From Candidatus Hermodarchaeota archaeon (GTDB taxonomy: Archaea > Asgardarchaeota > Heimdallarchaeia > Hodarchaeales > Hodarchaeaceae): a DNA stretch of 26,093 nucleotides. Below the pieces are notes generated by a model, which saw only the letters and a program-made list of their open reading frames with translations, made no database searches and was not told the DNA's origin. Made by a program: the position numbers and the translations under genes. Location: positions 1 through 26,093 of the forward strand of contig JBHLKY010000037.1 in assembly GCA_048886185.1 (NCBI GenBank). The letters are read 5' to 3'. Position 1 is the stretch's first letter. Each line of letters starts with the position of its first letter. Below, in pieces: positions 1 to 8,572 of this stretch.

Positions 1-3000
1 GGCAGTAGACTATCCCATGAAATAGAAAGTTTTAATCAAGCTGGAAATGGAACACATGCTCACCTAATCGCTTGGGTTAGAATTCCTACTTTTTCAAGCA
101 CCAGGTCGAATGACATCTTTATGTATTATGGTAATAAAGCCGTGTTTAATCAAAAAAATGCTGTAAATGTTTGGAATTCGAATTATGTGGGAGTTTGGCA
201 TATGAATCAAGATCCATCAGGAATATCTCCTCAAATCAAAGATAGCACGTTGCCCTATACAGATGGGAATTCTTCTGGATCAATGACATCTGGTGATCTA
301 ATTACGGGCAAAATCGGAAATGCTTTAGACCTTGATGGAACAGATGATTATATTGATTTTGGTACAACTTCTGAGGTTACTATTACTGACGCATTGACCG
401 TTGAAACATGGTTTCGAGCTGATGATACTGGAAATACATATTTGATATCCAAAAATGGTCCTGGGCCTGATAAACGTTCATGGGATATCAGTTTTGACCC
501 TTACAATACTACACACGGTTTTATAATATTCCGATATGACACTGATGGAGTTCTACCTCATTATGGGGAAGTAGATAACGTTTATTATGAAAAAAATAAA
601 TGGTACCATGTTGTGGGCGTGTTTAATCCATCTAACTATTTGAGATTATACTTAGATGGTGATCTTGTTTATGACAATACAACAGCTGCAGCTTCTCAGT
701 ATGATGCAGGAAATCCTTTGCGATTTGGCACTAGGGGAGATACTCCACCTCCAGCGGATAGCTATTTTGATGGAATTATTGATGAAGTGCGTATATCTAA
801 TATTGCCCGCTCTGCTGACTGGATAAGCACTGAATATACCAATCAATATGACCCAGCAGGATTCTATACTCTCGGTATCGAGGAGGAAACATTATGGTGG
901 GAAGATGCATCATTTTCAATGAAAATGGACATTGGAATAAATAATACAAAAATTACTGGAACATTAACAGATTTTCCTCTCCTTATAGACATAACAGAGA
1001 GTGATCTTAAGACAGGAAAACTTCAAGCTGATGCTGATGACTTGTTATTTATTGATCCAAATGGGACAAAGCTAGATCATGAAATAGAATTCTTTAGTCA
1101 AGATAGTGTTGAAGGGCATCTCATAGCTTGGGTACGGTTACCACAACTATCAAGTTCCCAATATAATCTAATATCAATGTATTTTAACAATCCAAGTCTA
1201 CCGAGTCAAGAGAATCCTACTAAAGTATGGGATTCCAATTTCAAAGGGATTTGGCATTTGAATAATGATCCAGATGATCCAGCCCCTGAAATACTAGATA
1301 GTACCTCTAATGACAATGATGGAACTACTTACAATGGAATGACATCTAGTAATCTCATAAGTGGGATGATTGATGGTAGTTTAAACTTTAGTGATACATT
1401 AGACAATTACGTAAATTTTGGAGATCAAGCTTCATTAAATATGGGTGCTGGAGATTTATCACTTTCTTTGTGGGTGAATTATCCAAATTATGACCATAAT
1501 GGACCATTAGTTGGAAAAGGAGCATATGGAACTGGAGGGAAACGATACTATATAGCCATTGAAAATAATAGATTTAAGGGAGAAATAGATGATAATGGGG
1601 GTTCTGGAAAAAAAGTTATTAATACATCTCTTATTACTGAAAATAAGTGGTATCATGTTGAATTAGTGAGAGATGGCAACAATTTACGACTATATATTGA
1701 TGGGGTTGAGAGTGCTGGCTCACCGATTGATATAACTGGTTATGGTAATCTTGATATAGCTCTACCATTTTATATGAATACTCTACCAAGTGATACAGGT
1801 GGAACCCTCAGTGATTGGTCTGATAATATTATGGACGAAGTGCGGGTTTCTAACATTGCACGCTCCAGTAATTGGATTAAAACATCTTATAACAATCAGA
1901 AAGACTCATCAAGTTTTTATTCTATTGGATCAGTTTTATTTTTTGATTTAAGTCCCCCTATCATCAATGATTTTGGAATAGATGATCCAGGTACTGGAAC
2001 GGGGATATTTTGGGCTGATGTTAGAGATGAAGCATCAAGTGTTGTCACGGTCGACATTAATATCAATGGAAGCGTCTCATCTATGAGTTATAATGGTTCC
2101 CATTGGATATATCAACAATTAGTTGTCCTTGGCACGCTTTATGAATATAAAATTACCAATACTTCTGATAGTAAAGGAAATTATATATTAAATCCTTCAA
2201 ACATCAAACAGAATTATTTCACCAATGATGTAATATCTCCCACAGTAGATGAATGGGATTATTTTGATAATATAGGCGTATATGGAACTTTTCAAGCAAA
2301 TGTAAGTGATTCCTGGGGATTCATTGATACTGTTATTGTAAATGTTACAGAGTTGAATAGTGTACCCCGAAATGATTTATGGGCAATAATGGTGGTCAAC
2401 GGTTCAAGTCATGTGAATGATACGATTAGTATGCCCAAGGGCTCAGTATTTTGGTATGTTATAAGAGTTAATGATACTGCGGGAAATTCATTTACCACCT
2501 CACCTATCCCTGATGTTATCCCTGATGTTAATCATCCACCTGAGGCTCAAAACCTCGCCTTATCACGGGATAACTCTCTTATTCTCTTACCTGTCTATAG
2601 TAATTCTACATTATACCTACATTATGATTTTTACGATGCTGACAATGATAGTGAAGGGGGAACCGAAATTCGGTGGTATAAAAACGGGGTTTTACAAAAT
2701 TCATACAATAATTTAAAGCAAATCGGTAAAACTGACTTAATGAAAGGAGATCTTTGGAATGCAACAGTGAAACCCAAAGACGGCCAAGATTTTGGTACTC
2801 TAAGAACAACTGGAACAATAACAATCCAAAATACTCCACCAGTTGTCGAAAGTATTGTAATCCCAGCAAGTATGTCAACAGATAATCTTACAGTAACCAA
2901 TGTTACCACAGATGAGGATCTTGATCCTATCCTTAGCTATGAGATTAAATGGTACCGTAATTCAACATACATACCTAGCTTGGACAATCTATATTTAATC

Positions 3001-6000
3001 ACATCAGATAACACAAAAAAAGGAGAATCGTGGTCGTGTGAAATCCGTGCAAATGATGGGACAAATTATTCACAATGGGTAACATCTAATACCATTATAA
3101 TTAATAATTCGCCTCCTACTGCCTCAAATTTAGCTATATCTCCGCTTAATCCTAATACAAGTAGTACACTTACTTCTAGCTGGAATTTTGACGATGCAGA
3201 CAATGATAGTCAGGTTAATTATTATATTGAATGGTATCGTTGGGATACACATCAACCGATTTATGATAATTTAATAAATCTGCCATCATCCGCAACAACG
3301 AAAAATCAGGAGTGGTTTTTCAGAATAATTGTGAATGATGGTGAAAGTAACTCCACTAAATATTCCTCCCCAAAAGTAACAATTCAAAATACTCCTCCTA
3401 CAGCCTCAGGGTTAACTATTACTCAAGATCCTTTCACATACACTCCCTTATCTGCTAATTGGAATTTCAATGATGATGATGGTGATAGTCAACCAACTAA
3501 CAGCTGGATCATTCGATGGTATAAGAATAATGTACTCCAATCAGACTATAATAATTTAACAACAGTACCTGATGGTGCGACGAGTAAGGGAGAGGTTTGG
3601 AATTATACATTGAAGGTATATGATGGTACGAATTATTCGATACTATATTATTCTTCAATAAGTATCATTCAAAACTCCATTCCTACAGCTTCAGGAGTAA
3701 CCATAACCTTAACTCCAACCACAACTGAAAACATTACAGCTTCTTGGAATTATCACGATGATGATGATGATCCTCAAAATACTAGCTGGATTATATATTG
3801 GTTTAAGGATAATTCATTGCAAATATCTTACACCAACAAAACTATAGTTCCTGCGAGTGCTACCAGTAAAGGGGAGTTATGGAACTATACATTGAGAATC
3901 TTTGATGGCGAAGCTTATTCAATCCAATATAACTCGAGTATTACTCAAATAGTTAATTCACCTCCAGTAGTAATCACTCCATCCTTTAATAAAACTGTTA
4001 GCGTAACTACAGATGATACAATAAATATAACCTATACTTATTACGATCCTGATAATGATGCTGAAATTAGTAGTGGACGAGTAATTTATTGGTACCAAAA
4101 TAGCTTATATCGCATTGATAAACAAAATCAGACAGTTATATATGATTTTGAGACTACATCAGGTGAATACTGGCAGTATCAAATCAGAGTTTATGATGGA
4201 TTTGAGTGGAGTCAAAATTTTACATCAAATTTAGTTGTAATTGGAAACGCTCAAAATAATATTCCTGAAGTCCAAAATATTTCCCTCTCTGCGAACGAAA
4301 ACACTACATTAGATTCCATTAACCTTAATTATGATTATTACGATCAAGATGGACATCTACAAACCCAAATAGAAATATTTTGGTATAAAAATGGTGTTAT
4401 ACAAAGTGAATTAAATGATTCTATCGTGGTTGATTCCAGTTTTACTAATAAAGGGGAGATATGGAATTGTACAATCAGAGTGAGAGATGGGCTTAATTGG
4501 TCAATTCAATACAATTCCAGCAAACTATTAATTCTAAATGCAATCCCAATTGTTACAGAAATCAGCATTACATTAAATCCCACAACTGACCAAGATATAA
4601 CTGCAGGATGGACATATTACGATCCAGACAACGATCCTGAAAGTGATTGGATTATACTTTGGTATAAGAATGGTCAGTTACAGACATTATTAAACGATTC
4701 GAAAGTAATTAAATCAACTAATACTACTAAAGGAGAAATCTGGAACTACACAATACAAGTGTTTGACGGATTAGATTATTCAATCCAATATAATTCAACA
4801 CAGATTGTAATTGCAAATTCACCACCCTCGATAAGAAGCCCAGCCTATAATAAGACAATTGATGTTACTTCAGACCATTCCATCGAAATATCTTACACTT
4901 TCGATGATAAAGATGGAGATCTTGAAGATAAGAACAATAGAATTGTTTATTGGTATAAAGATACTGTTTATCAAGTTACAAAACCGAATCATTCAATTCT
5001 TTTCTATTATGAAACCATCGAAGGAGAAGTGTGGTATTATATAGTTAGGGTGTTCGATGGTACAGATTATAGCATAAATTACACTTCGGTTCCAGTCTCT
5101 ATAGGTGCTTCAACAAACGATCCTCCAACAGCTGAAAATTTGACATTGACTTTGAATCCAACAACACTAGACAATTTAAATGCCTATTATGATTATCAGG
5201 ATAATCAAAATCATGCAGAAGCTGGATCACTGATTCGATGGTATAAAAATGGTGAATTACAAGTTCATCTCAATGATACAAAATTGATACCTTCGAGTGA
5301 GACAAAAAAAGGTGAGATTTGGTATTTTACACTCCGACCAATGGATGGTCGAGACTATGGGCAGCTTTATATTTCATTAAATGTAACCATTTTGAATACT
5401 AAACCAATAGCTTCAGGTTTAACTCTTCCTTCCTCTCCAAGCACTGTTGATGACCTAACTATAACATGGTTGTACAGCGATGCTGACAATGACATCCAGA
5501 ATAATAGCTGGATTATTATATGGTACAAAAATAACCAAGTTCAAACTGCTTTCAATAATCTTATCACAGTTCCCTCAAGTTTCACTTCAAAAGGGGACTC
5601 ATGGAATTTTACACTCCAAGTTTTCGATGGAGAAGATTATTCAATTCAATATAATTCTTCAACTGTAGTTATCAAGAATACAATCCCTCAAATCGGTGAT
5701 TACACTTATCAATTTGATCCAAGTAATATTAGTTTAGTTGATCCAGAAATAAGATCCTCATTAACTGATCTCATCTTCTTCGTAGAAGATGAGGATATAT
5801 CAATTTACTATGTGTTTGAGGATGCAGACCTCCCGATTGACCAAGACAAATCATTAATTCAATGGTATTATCAACTTGATACTGGAACATGGATTGAGAT
5901 ATTAGTATATCAAAATTTGACCTCTATACCTCATTCTGAAACTTTTGCTGGGGATCACTGGAAATGTATTATTACTCCATTTGATGGTACAGAAATTGGG

Positions 6001-7452
6001 ACAGCAATTACCTTCCCAGAATTAGTCATTGAAAGTAGGCCAAAAATTGTTGATTGTATTATAACACCCCTTATCGTGAATAATGAAGGGAGCTATTTTG
6101 ATGAGGGAAGGTATGAAATAACAATTATCGCAACTAATCTCATCACTATTTCAAGTATAGAAATTCATCTGAATGACAGCCTTGAAGAGGTTTATTATGC
6201 TAGTCAAAGTTCGGATAATAGTTCTATCTGGACCCTAATATATCAATTACCAAAAGTTGACTTTAAAACAAAATATCTCGATAATAGACTGAATATAGAG
6301 GTTAAAGCAGAGAGTATTGTCATGTATGACTTGAAAGAGTTTGGCATAAACTCCCTTTATGAGGATTCGTTCATTGTAGAAGATCAATCACCACCTCGTA
6401 TTGTGGGAACACCACGATATGAGTTTAATGATGAAGAGAATCCTACAAACATCACCTTTTATGCTGATATTATTGATTATGGATCAGAAATCGCTGATGT
6501 CAGCATATTTTATTATTTTAAGGAATTTATCAGTGAAGGAGGAACTGGTTCCTCGGTGAGCGATAATTTGCGAAATGCAAGGATGGTTGCCATAAGTGAA
6601 ACAGACGGAACGTATAGGTACTCAATAACGGTTTTATTCGATCACAACAAGACATCACGAGAGATAATCTATTATATTCAAACAACAGACTCAAAAGGAA
6701 ATACAGGGATAGCATATGATATAAATAATGATCCAGACCGAATCAAAGATACCCGATTTACCTACATTCTTCCTGGTATTGATCCAACCTTTGTTCTGAT
6801 AATAGTGGGAGTCACAATTGTAACTGCTATCTTTGGATCGATAATTTATGTCAAATTTATTAGAAAACCCGAGATTGTTGGTCTTGATAAAGATTTAGTA
6901 ATGAACTCACTCTCAGAAGTCGAGGATAAAGAAATATGGAATTCGATAGATGATCATACAATTGGGATTGTGGTTTCATTCTTTGATCAACGCCATGGAC
7001 CGATCCCAATAATCATAGAGCCTGAAATTTTGAAGGACAATTTTTCAAAACTTGTAGAGTTATCTGATCGATCTTTCAGTAGTACTGGTTTTTGCGAAAA
7101 CTTCAATGCAGAAATAACCTCAAGCTATGACTTTGTATTAGCTCAAGGAACACGATCAAAAGTCATGTCATTTGGATTTGCGTTAGAACGGCCTGAAGCA
7201 AGAGGAGGTCAGGAAAATCTGACTGCCAATATTTTGATACATCAGGAACTCTTTCCATTGGTAAACCAATTTTTACTCAATATCCAACAGCAGATACACA
7301 TTATTCACAAACTAATGGATGAAACTGGAGATAAACCTGAGATTAAGACAAAGATTCAAAACCTTCGAACGTATATTTCAAGAATTATTTTATCCTATGA
7401 GAAAATATATGGCGATGCAGCGGAATTTATTGAAGAAGAAATGATGCATTAA
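1..7452 (+). CDS. Giant single-pass surface protein, 5'-truncated: (DUF2341-like + LamG/concanavalin-like) x2, Ig-like domains, 12 cadherin/Ig-like repeats, TM helix, cytoplasmic longin/uDENN-like domain
   Basis: Frame 1 has no stop from base 1 (GSRLSHEIESF...HLIAWVRIP...) to TAA at 7450-7452, so the ATG at 121 is internal. DUF2341-type motifs: L.HEIE.F...HLIAWVR.P, twice. LamG-type motifs: G.WH.N...DS, W.HV, YLDG/YIDG, G.IDEVR.S..ARS..WI.T.Y.NQ, twice. TM helix FVLIIVGVTIVTAIFGSIIYV followed by KFIRK at about 6790-6867. Confidence 0.93.
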   Translation, partial: GSRLSHEIESFNQAGNGTHAHLIAWVRIPTFSSTRSNDIFMYYGNKAVFNQKNAVNVWNSNYVGVWHMNQDPSGISPQIKDSTLPYTDGNSSGSMTSGDLITGKIGNALDLDGTDDYIDFGTTSEVTITDALTVETWFRADDTGNTYLISKNGPGPDKRSWDISFDPYNTTHGFIIFRYDTDGVLPHYGEVDNVYYEKNKWYHVVGVFNPSNYLRLYLDGDLVYDNTTAAASQYDAGNPLRFGTRGDTPPPADSYFDGIIDEVRISNIARSADWISTEYTNQYDPAGFYTLGIEEETLWWEDASFSMKMDIGINNTKITGTLTDFPLLIDITESDLKTGKLQADADDLLFIDPNGTKLDHEIEFFSQDSVEGHLIAWVRLPQLSSSQYNLISMYFNNPSLPSQENPTKVWDSNFKGIWHLNNDPDDPAPEILDSTSNDNDGTTYNGMTSSNLISGMIDGSLNFSDTLDNYVNFGDQASLNMGAGDLSLSLWVNYPNYDHNGPLVGKGAYGTGGKRYYIAIENNRFKGEIDDNGGSGKKVINTSLITENKWYHVELVRDGNNLRLYIDGVESAGSPIDITGYGNLDIALPFYMNTLPSDTGGTLSDWSDNIMDEVRVSNIARSSNWIKTSYNNQKDSSSFYSIGSVLFFDLSPPIINDFGIDDPGTGTGIFWADVRDEASSVVTVDININGSVSSMSYNGSHWIYQQLVVLGTLYEYKITNTSDSKGNYILNPSNIKQNYFTNDVISPTVDEWDYFDNIGVYGTFQANVSDSWGFIDTVIVNVTELNSVPRNDLWAIMVVNGSSHVNDTISMPKGSVFWYVIRVNDTAGNSFTTSPIPDVIPDVNHPPEAQNLALSRDNSLILLPVYSNSTLYLHYDFYDADNDSEGGTEIRWYKNGVLQNSYNNLKQIGKTDLMKGDLWNATVKPKDGQDFGTLRTTGTITIQNTPPVVESIVIPASMSTDNLTVTNVTTDEDLDPILSYEIKWYRNSTYIPSLDNLYLITSDNTKKGESWSCEIRANDGTNYSQWVTSNTIIINNSPPTASNLAISPLNPNTSSTLTSSWNFDDADNDSQVNYYIEWYRWDTHQPIYDNLINLPSSATTKNQEWFFRIIVNDGESNSTKYSSPKVTIQNTPPTASGLTITQDPFTYTPLSANWNFNDDDGDSQPTNSWIIRWYKNNVLQSDYNNLTTVPDGATSKGEVWNYTLKVYDGTNYSILYYSSISIIQNSIPTASGVTITLTPTTTENITASWNYHDDDDDPQNTSWIIYWFKDNSLQISYTNKTIVPASATSKGELWNYTLRIFDGEAYSIQYNSSITQIVNSPPVVITPSFNKTVSVTTDDTINITYTYYDPDNDAEISSGRVIYWYQNSLYRIDKQNQTVIYDFETTSGEYWQYQIRVYDGFEWSQNFTSNLVVIGNAQNNIPEVQNISLSANENTTLDSINLNYDYYDQDGHLQTQIEIFWYKNGVIQSELNDSIVVDSSFTNKGEIWNCTIRVRDGLNWSIQYNSSKLLILNAIPIVTEISITLNPTTDQDITAGWTYYDPDNDPESDWIILWYKNGQLQTLLNDSKVIKSTNTTKGEIWNYTIQVFDGLDYSIQYNSTQIVIANSPPSIRSPAYNKTIDVTSDHSIEISYTFDDKDGDLEDKNNRIVYWYKDTVYQVTKPNHSILFYYETIEGEVWYYIVRVFDGTDYSINYTSVPVSIGASTNDPPTAENLTLTLNPTTLDNLNAYYDYQDNQNHAEAGSLIRWYKNGELQVHLNDTKLIPSSETKKGEIWYFTLRPMDGRDYGQLYISLNVTILNTKPIASGLTLPSSPSTVDDLTITWLYSDADNDIQNNSWIIIWYKNNQVQTAFNNLITVPSSFTSKGDSWNFTLQVFDGEDYSIQYNSSTVVIKNTIPQIGDYTYQFDPSNISLVDPEIRSSLTDLIFFVEDEDISIYYVFEDADLPIDQDKSLIQWYYQLDTGTWIEILVYQNLTSIPHSETFAGDHWKCIITPFDGTEIGTAITFPELVIESRPKIVDCIITPLIVNNEGSYFDEGRYEITIIATNLITISSIEIHLNDSLEEVYYASQSSDNSSIWTLIYQLPKVDFKTKYLDNRLNIEVKAESIVMYDLKEFGINSLYEDSFIVEDQSPPRIVGTPRYEFNDEENPTNITFYADIIDYGSEIADVSIFYYFKEFISEGGTGSSVSDNLRNARMVAISETDGTYRYSITVLFDHNKTSREIIYYIQTTDSKGNTGIAYDINNDPDRIKDTRFTYILPGIDPTFVLIIVGVTIVTAIFGSIIYVKFIRKPEIVGLDKDLVMNSLSEVEDKEIWNSIDDHTIGIVVSFFDQRHGPIPIIIEPEILKDNFSKLVELSDRSFSSTGFCENFNAEITSSYDFVLAQGTRSKVMSFGFALERPEARGGQENLTANILIHQELFPLVNQFLLNIQQQIHIIHKLMDETGDKPEIKTKIQNLRTYISRIILSYEKIYGDAAEFIEEEMMH
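2530..6033 (+). repeat. 12 tandem ~92-119 aa Ig/cadherin-like protein repeats within the giant ORF
   Basis: Consensus N.PP.A..L.I.....T...L...(W/Y).Y.D.D.D.....I.WYKNG..Q..LN....V....T.KGE.W..T..V.DG..YS..Y.S..I.I. Units start at 2530, 2830, 3106, 3388, 3673, 3955, 4255, 4537, 4816, 5116, 5395 and 5677. Confidence 0.9.
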
Positions 7453-7688
7453 CAGGGAATAGAATATTTTATTAAAATTGATGTTGCGAAAAGCTGGATT
7501 AACACAAGTAATCTACTAATAAAAGCAGTGTAAGGATGATTTTAAAACCATTTTTGTTGTTATTTCTTGGTTTTGTTATTGTAATCACTAATGGAGTGGG
7601 GATTATAGTAGTTACTCACTATTTTGTGAATTTTCAATCCAGATGCAAGGTTGTTATATAGGAACCAGATAATATTGAAATTTAGGAA

Positions 7689-8405
7689 ATGAGGAATATG
7701 CTAAATCTAAAAACCAGAACATCCAAGCTAATTATAACCATAACGCTTGCAGTTATCTGTATGGTATTGTTTTTACTTATAGTAGCTGTAATAAATCCTG
7801 ATAGTTTGTATTGGGGCCTTTTTCTTACAACAGGCCAACTTGTTGCAACTTTGATCTTAATTAGGTTTCTGAATTTAAGTAAAGAAGATTTAGGATTAGC
7901 TTACAATAAATCGAAGTTTTACTTACATATATTATCCATTTTTTCACTACTAGTAATTGTCGTTTTTGTTAAATACCTTGTAGAAGGTGTACAGTCAGTA
8001 AATGATATTTCATTTACCGTAATGTATTATTTCTTCTTCTATATTGTTGTAGCAATAACCGAAGAATTATACTTCCGCGGTATTTTATATAATATCCTTG
8101 AGTCTTGGTCAAAATATGCTGCACTAATTGGATCAAGTGTTGTATTTGGATTATTTCATATTAGATCAGGATTAATCGTCGTTGTAATAATGATTTTCAC
8201 AGGGTTAAGTTTTGCTGTTGTTAGATATGTATCTGGTATGAATCACTTGCTAATCCCATTTCATTTCTTATTTAATTTTCAAAGTGCCTTGATTGTATTT
8301 AACGATTCTACAATGGTCTCAGGAACTCTATATTTAGGACTTTCTTTGTTAGTTGTAATAATCTTTGTCCTTATAGAATCAAGAACTGAGAAGAAGACTC
8401 CCTAA
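7689..8405 (+). CDS. CPBP family (Abi/CAAX type II) intramembrane glutamic protease
   Basis: Polytopic hydrophobic protein with the CPBP motifs AITEELYFRG (EExxxR), SSVVFGLFH (FxxxH) and HFLFN (HxxxN). Confidence 0.9.
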   Translation: MRNMLNLKTRTSKLIITITLAVICMVLFLLIVAVINPDSLYWGLFLTTGQLVATLILIRFLNLSKEDLGLAYNKSKFYLHILSIFSLLVIVVFVKYLVEGVQSVNDISFTVMYYFFFYIVVAITEELYFRGILYNILESWSKYAALIGSSVVFGLFHIRSGLIVVVIMIFTGLSFAVVRYVSGMNHLLIPFHFLFNFQSALIVFNDSTMVSGTLYLGLSLLVVIIFVLIESRTEKKTP

Positions 8406-8572
8406 GGGGTAAAATTCCTTTTTACTGAGAGGTCGCAAAAGGCTGGACGTTAGTGAATGAATAATGACAAAATTGAATATTTCCTAATGTCGTCTAAAGC
8501 TGGTTTAGCTTACAAAAGTATAGATCTGAGATATTGTTTTCCTCAGCTTTATCCAAATATTCTTCCTCCTTT

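Noticed and set aside
121-123. ATG at 121 as the start of the giant protein
   Set aside because: The frame is open from base 1 with DUF2341-like sequence, and no signal peptide follows this Met.
2530-6033. CRISPR array or DNA-level tandem repeat
   Set aside because: The periodicity is at protein level with diverged codons; there are no identical short repeats with unique spacers.
652-6715. Short ORFs at 652-846(-), 2471-2716(+), 2606-2878(-), 2631-2909(-), 4859-5044(+), 5480-5668(+) and 6530-6715(-)
   Set aside because: All lie wholly inside the giant ORF in other frames and show no recognisable motifs; they are shadow ORFs.
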